Assembly: GCF_006345805.1 (NCBI RefSeq)
Contig: NC_043001.1
Span: 18,910,001 to 18,974,000, forward strand
Length of the DNA stretch: 64,000 nucleotides
Direction of reading: 5' to 3'
Source of the DNA: Octopus sinensis
Taxonomy: Eukaryota
A model generated the notes under the pieces. The model was given only the letters and a program-made list of their open reading frames with translations, did not search any database and was not told the DNA's origin. Below, piece by piece: positions 38,526-52,958 of the stretch; the first letter of the stretch is position 1, and each line of letters opens with the position of its first letter. Position numbers and translations under genes: made by a program.

Positions 38526-39051
38526 AGGACGGCGAGCTGGCAGAAACGTTAGCACGCCGGGCGAAGTGCGTAGCCGTATTTCGTCTGCCGTTACGTTCTG
38601 AGTTCAAATTCCGCCGAGGTCGACTTTGCCTTTCATCCTTTCGGGGTCGATTAAATAAGTACCAGTTACGCACTGGTTTGTCCTCTCTGTGTTTAGCTCC
38701 TTGTGGGTAGTAAAGAAATAGGTATTTCGTCTGCTGCTACGTTCTGAGTTCAAAATTGCGTCGAGGTCAACTTTGTCTTTCATCCTTTCGGGGTCGATTA
38801 AATAATTACCAGTTACGCACTGGGGTCGGTATAATCAACTTAATCTGTTTGTCTGTCCTTGTTTATCTCATGTGTTTAGCCCCTTGTGGGTAGTAAAGAA
38901 ATAGAAATAGGTATTTCGCCTGCCGCAACGTTCTGAGTTCAAATTCTGCCGAGGTCGACTTTGCCTTTCATCCTTTCGTGGTCGATTAAATAAGTACCAG
39001 TTACGCACTGGGGTCGATATAATCGACTTAATCCGTTTATCTGTCCTTGTT
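38526..39051 (+). mobile_element. SINE family A, three units, 3'-truncated
   Basis: Family match. Confidence 0.9.
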
Positions 39052-39098
39052 GGAAATTCATTAAAGGGTCATTTTAATAGCATTTTTTCCGATGGCCG

Positions 39099-39159
39099 GA
39101 TAGCTGATGAGATGGCGGCGTGGATTTCCACCCCGACATCCGAAATTCGGAGCTTTATC
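39099..39159 (+). ncRNA. Hammerhead ribozyme motif, canonical CUGAUGA core, slightly decayed
   Basis: GATAG-CTGATGA-[13-bp stem II with 2 mismatches]-C-GAAA-TTCGGAG-CT-TTATC; position 16.1 is C instead of U. Confidence 0.6.
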
Positions 39160-39256
39160 ATGGCTACCGAATAATTGTCACATATTACATTTACAGATAA
39201 ATTTCCCTATTTACATAATGTCGAGGTCTCTTTCATTCTTTTGTTGTCTTACCATT

Positions 39257-39337
<81 letters not shown>

Positions 39338-40324
39338 AATGGGCTTCTGCACAGTTTCCGACTGTCAAATATACGCACAAGTCATTGGAGCTATTGTGTC
39401 ACGAGTTTTCGCACGAGGCATATTTCTCCTTCATTTCTTGGTTAAGATACACTAGTCCAATGGTTCTGAGGTTACGTAAGACTTCATTGGCTACTTGAAT
39501 ATCATTTCAGGGCTTCCTTCCAGACCAGGAAGATAATGATCTTTCCCTTTAGATCAGAACACTTAATTTTTATTCATCTTTTATTTTTACGTATTCATGT
39601 ATTTATGCATTTCAACTGTTTAACATTCGGTAAATGATGTCATAAGTAATTCAATGTGTATCACGACGGATCTTTTTTCTCGTTTGAGCCACAGCATCTC
39701 AATATCATCATTTCCAGATTGAGTCGTATTTATGTTTCTGCCTATGTATGTTTTATTTACCTGCTTGCAGTTTAAGAGAGATTACTTTCCCCGATAATTC
39801 ATCATATCGGGGAAAAAAAATCATCCAGATTTTTCTTTTACATGTTTAACTCACCTTTAATATCCGAAGCTTGTTTAGGACTGGCACTTTGAATATTCTA
39901 CCAATAATCCTTTAGTATATCTTCTGATTATTTGCCCTGATATCTTTTTTTACAACGACAAATATCTTATTGAAAATATCAGATTTGTTCGTCAAATATA
40001 TCGATAAGATTTCGAGTGATATTTTGAGCCGCAAAATATGATAGTTTTGAGGGAAAGTATATGGAATTTGATAGTAGTTATCCTCACAGTTTCCCCACAC
40101 CTGAAAGTCCTGCCATCATGTTTTTTTGAAGTGTTCTTAACATCTAGCTCTAACATAAAAAAAACTTAGGAAACAGATTATCATGAATTATTTTATGTAT
40201 TGATTACCAACAGAGCCCCAACCTCGATTTTTGTAACAAAAATGGCTGGGAAGTTTCCATTAACTGTAACCTAAGACGGACAAAATAAGAAGTCATTACA
40301 GATATACCAGTTAGCACTGACATA

Positions 40325-41547
40325 CAGGAGTTGGACAAAATAATGGAAACACCTAGCACCATAGCATCATAATTTCGAATTATCGATAAAACCGCCAAGA
40401 GCTTGTTTATTTTTATGTTTTTTTATTTATTATTAGTGTTGATAAAATTCTCTTCCTTTTCAGATATCTTCAGAAAAAAGGTAATTAAAATTCATTAAAA
40501 TGATAGATCTATCAGACTTTCAAAGAAGTCAAATTGTTGGTGCTCCTATGGCAGGTGCTAGCGTAACGAAAAGAGCCGAAATGTTTGGTGCATCAAGAAG
40601 TACTGTCTGGAAACTAATGACAGCCTTTGAGAAAGAGGGAAAAACCTCCTCGTTGAAACAAAACTCCGGAAGAAAGCCCAAACTTTCAGATAGGGACCAT
40701 TGGACTCTTACGCGGATTGTTAGGAAAGATAACAAAAGTACGGCTCCCAAAATTACTGCAGATCTTAATGACCACCTCGAGAACCCAGTTTCCACGAAAC
40801 TATTCGCCAGGAATGCACATAGCCGGATTTCACGGAAGGGCTGCGATCAGAAAACCACTACTGTCAAAAACAAACGTTGCAAAGCGTTTAGAGTGGAATA
40901 TAAACCTACAGGATTGGTCCCTAGAGCAGCGGAATGATGCTATTTTCTCAGATGAGCCATCCTTTACCATATTTCCGACCACCGGCCGAGTATACGTGTG
41001 GAGACAGCCAAATGAAGCATTTGACCCAGGCTGCTTCTTCCAACTGTTAAACATGGAGGGGGATCTGTGATGACCTGATCTGGGTGGCTATATCTTGGAA
41101 ATCCATCGGTCCAATGGTTTCCCTTCATGGCAGAATTAATAGTCAGGACTATTTAAGCATTTTATCTGATCAAATTCATCCTATGGTTGCGGAGGGAAAC
41201 GCAATCTTTCAGGATTATAATGCACCAATTCACGCAGCTAAAGTTGTTACTGAATGGCACGAGGAACATTCTAGTGAAGTTGAACATCTTATTTGGTCAC
41301 CACAATCCCCAGATCTCAATATTATTGAACATTTATGGTATATTTTAGAAAAACAAGTCGATACCCTCCACCATCATCTACAAGAACTGGAAACTGTTTT
41401 AGCTAAAGAATGGAGAAAAATTCCTTTGGAAACAATTCAAACTTTTTACGAGTCTATTTTAAAATAAATTTCTTTGAAATACGAATCCATATTAAAATTA
41501 ATTTCTTTGAAATTTTAAGGTGTTTCCATTATTTTGTCCAATCCCTG
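40325..41547 (+). mobile_element. Tc1-family transposon
   Basis: 29-bp TIRs CAGGAGTTGGACAAAATAATGGAAACACC (27/29 match), TA TSD. Confidence 0.95.
40500..41467 (+). pseudogene. Tc1 DD34E transposase pseudogene
   Basis: DLSDFQRSQIVGA, SGRKPKLS, IFSDE, IFQDYNAPIH, WSPQSPDLNIIEHLW; frameshifts. Confidence 0.93.
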
Positions 41548-42035
41548 TAATTAATGCGATTTAATAAACCTTAGACTTAACCGTTTTCTTTAGTGTGTTT
41601 GTAGACGCAAATAGCATTGATGATAAAATATTTTTAATGTAAAGTTCACAAATTTAATAATTTTCTTTTTGCAGCTATAAAAATTCTTCAGTCTCCCCGC
41701 TCCCAAAGAATAAAACGGGCAAGAATTGTTGGTACAAAGCACGGATTACTAGCGTTTAGAAAGAAGATGGATTGATATGTGACGATAGTGAGTTACCACA
41801 GACGCTGTATTTACAAAATCGCACTGCTGTGGGTGCCATGCTAGGCGTATGCCGAAATTCGCAATCAATGACATGTACAAGTTCATTTAAGTTTTGTTGA
41901 TTGATGAAATAGCGACTCTTTTTGGATTTGTGGTCGGGATGGAACACACTACCAAATGTTTAAGACACTATGAAATGCTTAACTCAGTCAAATGTTAACA
42001 TTAACTGAAGTCATTATCGGATGTCTTTATCAGAT

Positions 42036-42423
42036 GGATGGAAGCACTCCGTCGGTTTCGACGACGAGGGTTCCAGTTGATCCGAATCAACGGAACAGCC
42101 TGCTCGTGAAATTAACGTGTAAGTGGCTGAGCACTCCACAGACACGTGTACCCTTAACGTAGTTCTCGGGGATATTCAGCGTGACACAGAGAGTGACAAG
42201 GCTGGCCCATTGAAATACAGGTACAACAGAAGCAGGAAAAAAGGCTGAGAGAAAGTTGTGGTGAAAGAGTACAGCAGGGATCACCACCATCCCCTGCCGA
42301 AGCCTCGTGGAGCTTTAGGTGTTTTCGCTCAATAAACACTCACAACGCCCGGTCTGGGAATCGAAACCACGATCCTATGACCGCGAGTCGGCTGCCCTAA
42401 CCACTGGGCCATTGCGCCTCCAC
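42036..42423 (-). mobile_element. SINE family C, tail T1
   Basis: Full length; 11-bp TSD CTTTATCAGAT. Confidence 0.92.
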
Positions 42424-43413
42424 CTTTATCAGATATTGATTATGAAAATAGCAATGGTAGATCAGAAAAACGGGATACAGGATGTGTAGAAGAATGGGAT
42501 GCGTAGAAGAATGTAAATTTAAGTAAGTAATATTTTTCTGCTTAGTGAGTGTGTATTTATGTGTCCGGAGTGTATATCAATCTTAGTCTTGCGGAAATAA
42601 CCATTCATGTTATGGTTCATTTGTTGCCTACAGATCAAAGAACGGTAAACTCCGTAGACACTTACAGATGAAAGAAAACTATAAAGATTGTTTGTATAGT
42701 TCAAACACAAACATATGACGCTCATATTTTTGTCCTTATCACCATTGGAACACCAGAAATAAGCATAATAGATATCCTTAGTGCAATCTGTATTGTGCAT
42801 TTGACAGTTTAAGAAAGAAAATACATCACGAAATGTCGCAGAGTTTGTCAATATAATTCCAGCACGTACTTGTAGTGATTTCAGAAGCAAGAAAATTGCT
42901 ATTTATGCTTAACGTTATTTGAAAATAATCTCTAATAAAGAGACACTCTTAAATAGATTTAGCCAACCAGAAGAGAGTGTAATTAAATCTCCTCTGTTAT
43001 ACAATTTATCAGGAGTTTTATATTATTTTATATGTGCTTTACAAATAAGAAAGCTTTCGATAAAAATAATTCAGAAAAAATATTAGCCATATTGGATAAT
43101 GAAGCTCTGATGCACGATCAAGTGATTGGAATTAGTAAGCGTCCCTAAATAATTATCTTGAATTATTTTCTTCTTTATTGAACAATGTAATTAAGTCGAA
43201 ACCTAATTAAAAAACTTATAACAATAAATTGTGGTTATTCAAAACGAACGGAAGAGAATAGAACTGACAATATTCAAATACTTTATTGACAGCATGATTA
43301 AAGGAATAAAAAAAAAACTAACAGCGGCATTCATTAAAATTAAGAAATGGTGATGGCTGAACAAAAATATTTTTTCAACGATCCAGATTTGATTTCATCC
43401 ATAATACCTGGTT

Positions 43414-43702
43414 GTGGAAGCACATGGCCTAGCGGACTCGCGATCGAGGGATCGCGGGTTCGAAGCCCAGACCGGGCGATGTGTGTGTTTATGCGCGAAA
43501 CACCTAAGCTCCACGCGACTCCGACAGAGGGTAATGGCGAACTTCTGCTGACTCTTTCGCCACAGCATTCTCTCACTCTTTCCTCCTGCATCTAGCAGCT
43601 CACCTGCGATGGACCGGCGTCCCGTCCAGGTGGGGAACCTGTACGTCAAGGAAACCAGGAAACCGGCCTTATGAGCCAAGCATGGCTCGAGAAGGAACAA
43701 AC
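43414..43702 (+). mobile_element. SINE family C, tail T4
   Basis: 13-bp TSD ATAATAYCTGGTT. Confidence 0.9.
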
Positions 43703-43976
43703 ATAATATCTGGTTAGGGATATCTAGAATTTCTCTAATAATTTGTCAAACATTTCGTTGCTGTTTAGCAACATATTTTAGAATAAAATTTAGGACATAT
43801 CTTAGAACAAATATGACGTAAGAGGTTCCAACCTCGACCATTCCGAATATTTTTTCAGATAGAAGATTATCTAAGACAACATAATTAATTGTATGCTTTC
43901 TTTTTTTAAGACAGTTGGGTGCGATTTTGAAGGACATTATTTGACTTGTAATTCTTGCCGGTTTGGGCTGCCATGT

Positions 43977-44282
43977 AAACTTCTCCTCGACTTACGACCT
44001 ATGCGACTTACGACCACAAAAAATAAGGAAATGAATAAATAAATTTTTAAAAATCGATTTTCGGACATTGGGCAGCTGCATGTACGATAACTATGGCAAC
44101 ACTGATCTTCCTCAGACCCAGGCATTCACTACCTGCCACTGTCTCTCACTCAGTCGCTCTCAAGCATCATTCACGTTTGAATGAAAACAATGTTGAAAAA
44201 TATAAATCCGACATACGACCAGATCAACTTACGACCTGTCAGCCGGAACGGAATTCGTTCGTAAGTCGAGAAGAAGGCGAAT
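43977..44282. mobile_element. Tigger/pogo-like MITE
   Basis: Inverted CTTCTCCTCGACTTACGA (43980-97) and TCGTAAGTCGAGAAGAAG (44259-76); internal ACTTACGACC repeats. Confidence 0.65.
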
Positions 44283-44978
44283 ACTTTCCACTATTGGTTC
44301 AAGAGAAACAGAATTATATTAAAATCTCTGTATCAAACATAATGTAAAGGCAAATTTGCTGTGGTATTCGTCCGGAGACAATATCTCTTATGGACGTGCA
44401 GTGTTTAAAAAACATGATATATATTGGAGTCAGACGAATATCGTCCGGCAGTTGCGGTGAGAATGCTTGATGCGCATTTCTCCTTCGTTGAGTATTGTCA
44501 GTAGCATGTATTCACTGCTAACCGCATGCTAGACAAGAAAATCCATCGCTGAGAGTATTTCAATTCTAAAACTGTTTTCTTTTGCGTATTATCGATTTTA
44601 TTCAGTCTTACGGCTAACTGCAATAACTGTGATTGTTCAACCATCGTTATCCTACTGGTATATTAGAAGCGACGGACTTTGTCTTAGCAAGCGGTTGGCA
44701 GTGAATATATGTTGCCGGGCAATAGTTTTATCAACCATATAGAGGTCATTATAGAATAAATACGTTCAAAAGCTTCACGATTGCGTGATAACATATATAG
44801 GAACAAGAAAATTTCAGCAAAGCTGCGTGATAGTGGTTTCAGACGTGGCATGCAGACCCTCATATAAATTGTTTGACATTGGGTTTTTATTCTTCTCTTC
44901 TGGTTTACGAATCCAGTGTGCACATGCGTATTGCGCGTTCATTCTTCTTTTCCCTGTTCCTACTCAAAACTGTTTGTT

Positions 44979-45600
44979 GGTAGTGGGTAGTGATTTTCTT
45001 CACTACTTCAGGAAGTCAAGACCCTGCCGGACACGAGTCCCGGTCTCAGCTGGCTCCAGCTGACAGTATCCGGTATGGGCCTCCATCCAGGATTACGGAA
45101 AGGCGACAACCTTCAAAGAAATCCGGAGTGGAGCCCCGTAGGCGGTTTGGTGTTCGACTCGACACTCTTCTGGCAGCTCCTGCAACGAAGTTGGTGCCAA
45201 ACGTAATGCTCTGCACTCCTTTGGACTACATCAGCAAGGTCGAGAGAGGAATCCTGACGATTGGGCTACCCAGGATTTTCTTACATCTAGCCCAAACCTG
45301 CGCAAGACTGGAGAGGAAACTGGAGAGGACATGGAATGTAAAAACCAGACTGGATTAGTTTATGAGCAACTGCATTGTCTTCCGAGACAAAAGGATACCA
45401 ACAACAACAACTTAAGACTATTTACAGATCACAACCATCTCACGAACCGGCGGTCGTGAGGAGTGCTTCACGTTCCGATGGTTGTGAAAAAAAAAGGTTA
45501 AGCAGAGCGTATGGATCAGATAAGGTCAGAAATCACCATAATCCTAGAGATAGACCAAGTTGCTTAACATTTTAAGGATGTCAATGCATTGAAATCTACG
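44979..45600 (+). mobile_element. GC-rich repeat, probable 5'UTR and ORF start of an RTE-like LINE
   Basis: 44979-45330 recurs inverted at 54722-55065 with the same 5' boundary; family assignment is inference. Confidence 0.45.
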
Positions 45601-45979
45601 CTGGTTTGGGTATGTCCAAGCAACGGAGAAAAAAATGGTTGCCAAAATAAATATATTTTATTCAAAGCTGGCAACTGTACGATAAACTAGAATACACGGT
45701 AGCTTAGATATGTGGCAGACGTTAAACGTAACATGAGAAGATTAAACATTAATACTCACAGCTGGACCTCAGCCGTTTGAGCAGAACCAGTGAAGGAGAG
45801 ATACGCACATCCGGTAATATGACTCGTGATTTTACTTACGGACTGTTGACATCGACTATCAGTGGATAGGGAATGATGAAGATGATGATGTTGATGACGT
45901 GATAATGATAATGATACTGATGATGATACTGATGATGATGATCGGATGTATGTATGTATGTATGTATGCATGTATGCAC

Positions 45980-46089
<110 letters not shown>

Positions 46090-46310
46090 CCGTTTACAAA
46101 CTCTATGCTTGGAATGACCAATTTTAAATACTATTGGAACTTATTCCCAAAGTACAGGAATCTTATATATATATAGAGACCATTCTGCCTAAATAATGGA
46201 ACTATAAATACAATATCCCTGCATATCTCACGTCTATTTTCATTCTTCCGCCTCACGTTCTATTTCATATCTTATCTAGAATAACTATTGCTTAACCATT
46301 TTCTCACACC

Positions 46311-46358
46311 GTCTCCGATGAAGGGATATGTAAAATATCCCGGAAACAGCTGTAAGAC
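46311..46358 (+). ncRNA. Minimal hammerhead ribozyme variant (C4) in a PLE-like fragment (~46200-46420)
   Basis: GTCT-CCGATGA-A-GGGATAT(GTAAA)ATATCCC-G-GAAA-CAGCTG-TA-AGAC; stem III is the palindrome ACAGCTGT. Confidence 0.7.
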
Positions 46359-47056
46359 CTTCTATTTATAAATGTTCTGAAATTTTTCAGTCTTGAATTT
46401 TTATCTTATTCAGTTGAAATTTGTGTGTGTATATACATATATATATATGTGTGTGTGTGTGTGTTTATGTGTGTGTGTACACTGAATGTATGTATATATA
46501 TAGATATATATATATGTACACTGTTTTATCTTTCATTTTTATAAATTTGATGTACTTAATTCCATACACTAAGGGGCAGATTGAGCTCGTTTACCGTGGT
46601 GGAGGCATCCCATCTAGGAGAGGAAAACTGATATAAAGCCAGATCTTTAGTTGCTGAGGGTCTCCTCAACAGGGCTGTACTATCAGCAAACTCGGGCTCA
46701 TAGGCTAGACTAGGCTCTTCAGCGGCTTGTCCAGGAGATGGAAACCTCTGAAGGAAAAGCTTCAGATTTGTTGTTTTTGGTACTGTGGTACATATGTGCA
46801 TTATATTCTTGCTGTCATCACTTCCGAAAAGTGTGGCTGGTTCTACATAAGCCTTCAACACTCAAATCAAATCATACGTGTGGGTTTTCTAACAACTTAT
46901 ATTTATTCATTTAATACGGCACAGTTTCAACATGAAAAAATCGAAAAGTCCTCTGGCGAGAAAGTGAAAGTGGCAGAGACAGGTAAAGGATATCACTGGA
47001 AGTCTCTTGCTGAATCTCTATGCAGTCGGTGTCTATGTACATATATGGATATACGT

Positions 47057-47460
47057 ACGTCAGCATGTATGTGTTTATGTATGCACACATGTATGTACAT
47101 AAGTACGCATGTATATATGTCTATGTATGTATACGTGTATATGCATATAAGTGTTTGGATGGACATAAATATGATGCATTCATGGATGGCTTTATGTGCG
47201 TATGTCATTATGTATGCATGTACATAACTATATATATGACTGCCTGCATGTATGTATGCATATGTGTACATAAGTAAGCATTTATGTACATATTTATGTG
47301 TGTGTCTATGTACATGTGTTGTGTGTGTGCGTGCGTGTATGTGTGTGTATTTGTGTGTGTGCGTCTGTGCGCATTTGTGTGTTGCGTGTGTGGGCGCCCG
47401 TGTAGGATGACAGTCTCTATATCATTGCTCGGTTGCTGTATTGCATGTAAAATTTTGTCT
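47057..47460 (+). repeat. RY-rich dispersed duplication, copy 1
   Basis: Colinear with 53339-53745 (ACGTCAGCATG..GGATGGACATAAA..GACTGCCTGCATG..GTAGGATGACAGT). Confidence 0.8.
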
Positions 47461-47479
47461 AAAGACTATGTATTACTCA

Positions 47480-47705
47480 TAAAATAATGTGTATATTTAA
47501 ACATATAAGGAATCCACTCGTGGGATTCAACACGCTAGAAAGAACAGCTAGGTTCTATAACCACAAAATTAGGGATAAAATCCGACTGGAACGAAATGAA
47601 AAAATAAAAACCTTTTACCATCTAGTTTCCTGGACCAATTGGTTTCTGATTTTAGTTTAGTAAATAAATAATATTTAGTAAATAAATAATATTCTGTAGG
47701 TAAAA
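47480..47705 (-). mobile_element. Penelope-like terminal repeat with hammerhead 3' half
   Basis: Minus strand GAAA-CCAATTGG-TC-CAGG; homologous to 16301-16454. Confidence 0.5.
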
Positions 47706-48149
47706 TCTTCTTCAACAGGTACACCTTAGATTAAATATATAAAACACGAGGCGATCAACTATGTGCCTCTTGTTTATACATCCTAATTTTTCAAAATCTA
47801 CTGCGCAGACGCATCCTCTCGCCGGCAATACAAAAATGCCAACTTTTAAAATCTTAAAATTATTCAGAAACTTACAATTCCTTCTGTGTTTAAATGTACA
47901 CTGTAATATATATATATATGAGAGGAAAAATAGTAAGGCAGAATGCTAAATTGAAAGTATATTTTAATAAAAATAGGTGTATGAAAAATGAAAGAATAAA
48001 TCAAAACGGCTTTCATTGCAAGGCAAATTTTCAAGATTTGGATGGAGAAATTTTTTTTTTAAATTGGGGAAGGGGGAAAAAGAAATTTACAATGTTTTTT
48101 TCAAAAAAATAATAAATATATACAAAAATTAAAAAATAAATATACCAAT

Positions 48150-48870
48150 ACATTGTAGTGTCTTTATGCTTTTAGAGTTCAATATTAGTCCATGGAAAAA
48201 CTTCTTTGGAGGATCAGGATGCATGTGTTAAAGTGTAGTGTTTAGTTTGAAAAGGTTGGATGCTTATATGTCAGAACAGGGAATGGGGTAGGAGTTATCC
48301 AGTTCCTGTGAATAAGGGGAGACAATTCTGTGGATTTTATACTCTTTCATTGGAATGCTGGATTTTTTGTCAAACAGGATGCTTATATCTATTTTTTGTC
48401 AGACATGATGCTAGAAAAGGAATACAGTCACCGTGGAGTTTGCATATTAAAAAGCGTTTGGTATTTTTCAATAAAAAAATTTCTCATTATTGATTCTTTC
48501 TTGTGTAGAGATTCTGTCTTTACATTGATAGAAAGGGAATATATGAAATTTGGGATTTTTATTTCTAGCGCAAAAGTCTATGTGGCTACTGAATGGAATT
48601 TGACGGTATTGTGGGAGATATTTAAAAAAAAGCAAGATGGCGAGCTGGCAGAAGCGTTAGCACGCCGGGCGAAATGCTCAGCAGTATTTCCTCTGTCGCT
48701 ACGTTCTGAGTTCAAATTCTGCCGAGGTCGACTTTGTTTTTTTTTTGAGGTCTTGAAGGCGTATTTCTCGAGTTTTTGGGTCCGAGACAATGGTGCAAAT
48801 CCTTTTAGCTAAGTTGAAGGGGATATTTATCTTGGTGTGTTTGGAGTGGCATGAACTGGCATGCCACCCA
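48150..48870 (-). mobile_element. Penelope-like element ORF relic (RT thumb and GIY-YIG C-terminus), interrupted by a SINE
   Basis: SCHSKHTKINIPFNLAKRICTIVSD..RLQDL and HIDFCA..PKFHIFPFY..EKFFIEKYQ..N*. Confidence 0.75.
48633..48747 (+). mobile_element. SINE family A, truncated
   Basis: Head and B-box only. Confidence 0.85.
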
Positions 48871-49456
48871 AAACACACCATAAATATATGATAGGATATA
48901 GTATAATATAATATAATATTAACCGAGTTAGTAATTGCAGATCTCTCGTTAGTCAGCAAAGATGTCCTTTCGCTAATTTTTAGTGTTAAGTTAATGAAAG
49001 CGTGTGGCCTAGTTGTTAAGGTGTTACATTCACGCTCGCAAGATTACGGTTTCGATTCCTGGTGCTGTAGTTTTGAGCAAAACAGTTCATTTCCCGCACG
49101 CTGTTCCGGCCCACTCTGCAGTAATTGAGTAACCAATGGCGTAAAAGCGATCTCGCTCACTTTTATGCCAAGGAAATCGAGTAACTGGTCTTATGAGTCC
49201 AAGAAATCAAGACACGTCTTACGTATTATCAAAGTTAAATAACGATATGCCAAGCAACTGATTTCCAATGCTGTGCACACTTTTTCCTCTGTCTCAGATT
49301 GCTATGTCTTGTCTCTTACATTTACATTTGATTGAAGTATTGACAAGACTATTCCACACCCACCCATTATATTATGCGTCATCATGACGTCCCCATCAAT
49401 GTAACTTGCTATTTTTTGATACGTACATACATTCATCTAATCGTACTTACATAAAT

Positions 49457-49491
<35 letters not shown>

Positions 49492-49753
49492 CACATGCAT
49501 ATACATACATACATTTGTGACGATCGCGTCTGGCTTTCTTTCTAACGTCACTTAAGTAGTGTTGGCGAAAAAATAAAACTAGACAAACTGTGATTCTTTA
49601 TTTGTTTTCATATGATATACAGTGTTAAGGAAGTGAAAATATATCTTACTCTACTCATACATACATAATACACGTATACATATATACATATATACATATA
49701 CACACGCATATATGTAGATATATTCGTATATAAAAATGTATATATTCGTATAT

Positions 49754-49802
<49 letters not shown>

Positions 49803-50693
49803 GTGTGTATATATATATATATATATACGAATATATATATTTTTATATACGAATATATCTACATATATGCGTGTGTATATGTATATATGTATACCTGTAT
49901 ACACATAATACACGTATACATATACACACGCATATATGTAGATATATTCGTATATAAAAATATATATATTCGTATATATATATATATATATATATATACG
50001 TGTGTGTGTGTAGTTACAGTAAAAACTCCGAATTAATGGTGTAATACCAAACCTGTCACGTTTGAAAATAATGAGAAACGAGACATCAACAATACTTTTA
50101 TATTGTGTGTATATATATATAGGCGTGGGTGCCTGCAGGCGTACATACTTCTATGCTTATGTGAGTGTATATGTGTGTGTATGGTGTTGTAAACGTTAAT
50201 GCACCCACCCACTCTGTTGACGAGTTACAGTTCTGACATAGATTCTTAGACAAATACACTCACACACACATACATACATACATACATACATACATACATA
50301 CATACATACATACATACATACATACATACATACATACATACATACATACATACATCTTTCGAGATATTGAGGAAATAAAATATATGTAATAACAGTTTTG
50401 ATTCAACGCATTACTGCATTATTCGAAGTTTCGTTGGTGTAAATTCCTTTGAGCAGTTTGATATTTTGGAATACATGTGACTAAAAAAAACATGGCTTTT
50501 AAAATGAGTCTATATCGGCACCACCATCTGGCGACTTTTTTTCCAACAGTAATGCTGACAGGTCACCATCAATAGATGTTTATTATTTGTAGTACTACGT
50601 GGCGGAACAGACAGCCTAGTGCTGTCACGAGATAACCCGTGCAGACGTTGATAGGTCGGCAGAAGCAGAGAGACATTTATGCATGTTGTTGCT

Positions 50694-51056
50694 TTTGTTT
50701 GTTTGTTGAGCGAACGGTCTTCGAGAAGTCGGAAACGTGGTCCTTTGCTATTCGTAAGACCCGCAGAAGAGAAAGCAGGTCAACCCCCGACAACGAGAGC
50801 ATCGACGGATGGATGAATGCGCATCCAGGCTCAGCGGTTGCGTAGGAAGTCGGGGACAAGAAACAGGAAGAAAGAGTGAGAGAAAGTTGGGGGCGAAAAA
50901 GTACAACAGGGGTCGTCACCCCACCTCTGCCAGAGCCTTGTGGAGCCTTAAGTGTTTTCGCTCAATAAACACACACAACGCCCGGTCTGGGAATCGAAAC
51001 CTCGATCCTCCGACCGCGAGTCCGCTGCCATAACCACTGGGCCATTGCGCCTCCAC
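50694..51056 (-). mobile_element. SINE family C, tail T3
   Basis: 13-bp TSD GCATGTTGTTGCT; (AAAC)n tail. Confidence 0.92.
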
Positions 51057-51408
51057 GCATGTTGTTGCTGAACCACACGGTAAGGATAAGTGACCGCAGT
51101 GTTTGGTTGGATGTTAATGTGTTTTGTGAGACTGTATTTGTAAATGGTTGTCAACGGTAGGCAATGCTGGTGATTGATGGCAGGGAAATATCACTGTGAA
51201 AAGACAGAAGTTGTATACTATGCATCTACATATGAAGTGGTCTTTCTGGAGTATACGTTGCTGTAGATTATCCGTGATGGAACTTTTCTTTACTCACCAT
51301 TTACTCATCTTTATATCATAATTGTGAACTCTGCTGCCGTGAATGCATATATTAAATAACCTGCAGTATCTATCAACAAGAAAACTTATCATCGAAGACA
51401 CGTCATGT

Positions 51409-51859
<451 letters not shown>

Positions 51860-51863
<4 letters not shown>

Positions 51864-52170
51864 CAACAATTGAGGGTAAAATTAATTAATTATTAATCAA
51901 TTTCACCAAGTATTCAGTATGCAAAGGGACCATTTAAGGCGAATTCAAATTATTACATTATATAAAAGGGCTTAGTAAAATAAATTACTTTGCCGCATAC
52001 TGAACTCATTAGAAATAGTAGCTAAAAAAACCTTTTTTAAAACTATTTCTAATACTTAAAGAAAACCTTTAAGTATTAGAAATAGTTTTAAAAAAGTTTT
52101 TTTAGCTACTATTTCTAATGAGTTCAGTATGCGGCAAAGTAATTTATTTTACTAAGCCCTTTTATATAAT
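51860..52170 (-). mobile_element. Penelope-like fold-back, same family as 11730-12415
   Basis: Arms 51957-52061 and 52067-52170, 5-bp spacer, ~95-bp extension; too short to include the ribozyme. Confidence 0.8.
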
Positions 52171-52173
52171 ATA

Positions 52174-52248
<75 letters not shown>

Positions 52249-52958
52249 GTACGTATGTATATTAGTCTTAGATTTTATGATGATATTTCCGTTTTAGTTC
52301 TAGGACGTAGGTTGTTTATTGTTATTTGCAGATTCGTTATCCACCCGGATTACTTATGCTGATTTATTTAAATTGCGCATGCACTGCCTGCATCTCCTAG
52401 GTTATGTTTCCAGTGCGATAGTAACCGAGTGCAAGCAGCGACTGATAGTGCAAAGCATGTAATCACGTTTGTTTACAGTCTCCAGCGATAATGGGATTAA
52501 TACGGATACATGCATGTATATATGGGTGGATAGATGCATGTATGGATGGACGGATGTATGGATGGATGGATGGATGGAGCATGTTTGTATGTACATATGT
52601 CTATATGTTTATGTATATATGTACATGTATGTATGTATGTGTATGCATGTATGTATCTATGTTTGTATGTACATATGTCTATATGTGTATGTATATGTGT
52701 GCATGTATGTATGTATGTATGTATGTATATATATGTATGTATGTATGTATCTATGTTTGTATGTACATATGTCTATATGTGTATGTATATGTGTGAATGT
52801 ATGTATGTATATATGCATGTATAAATGCACGAAGATATGCATGTATCTCTGTGTGTATGATTGCATGCATTATGTATATATGTGTGTGTCTATGGATTTA
52901 TGTGCATATGTATGTGTGAGTATGTACGTATTTATATATGTATTCATGTATGTATGTA

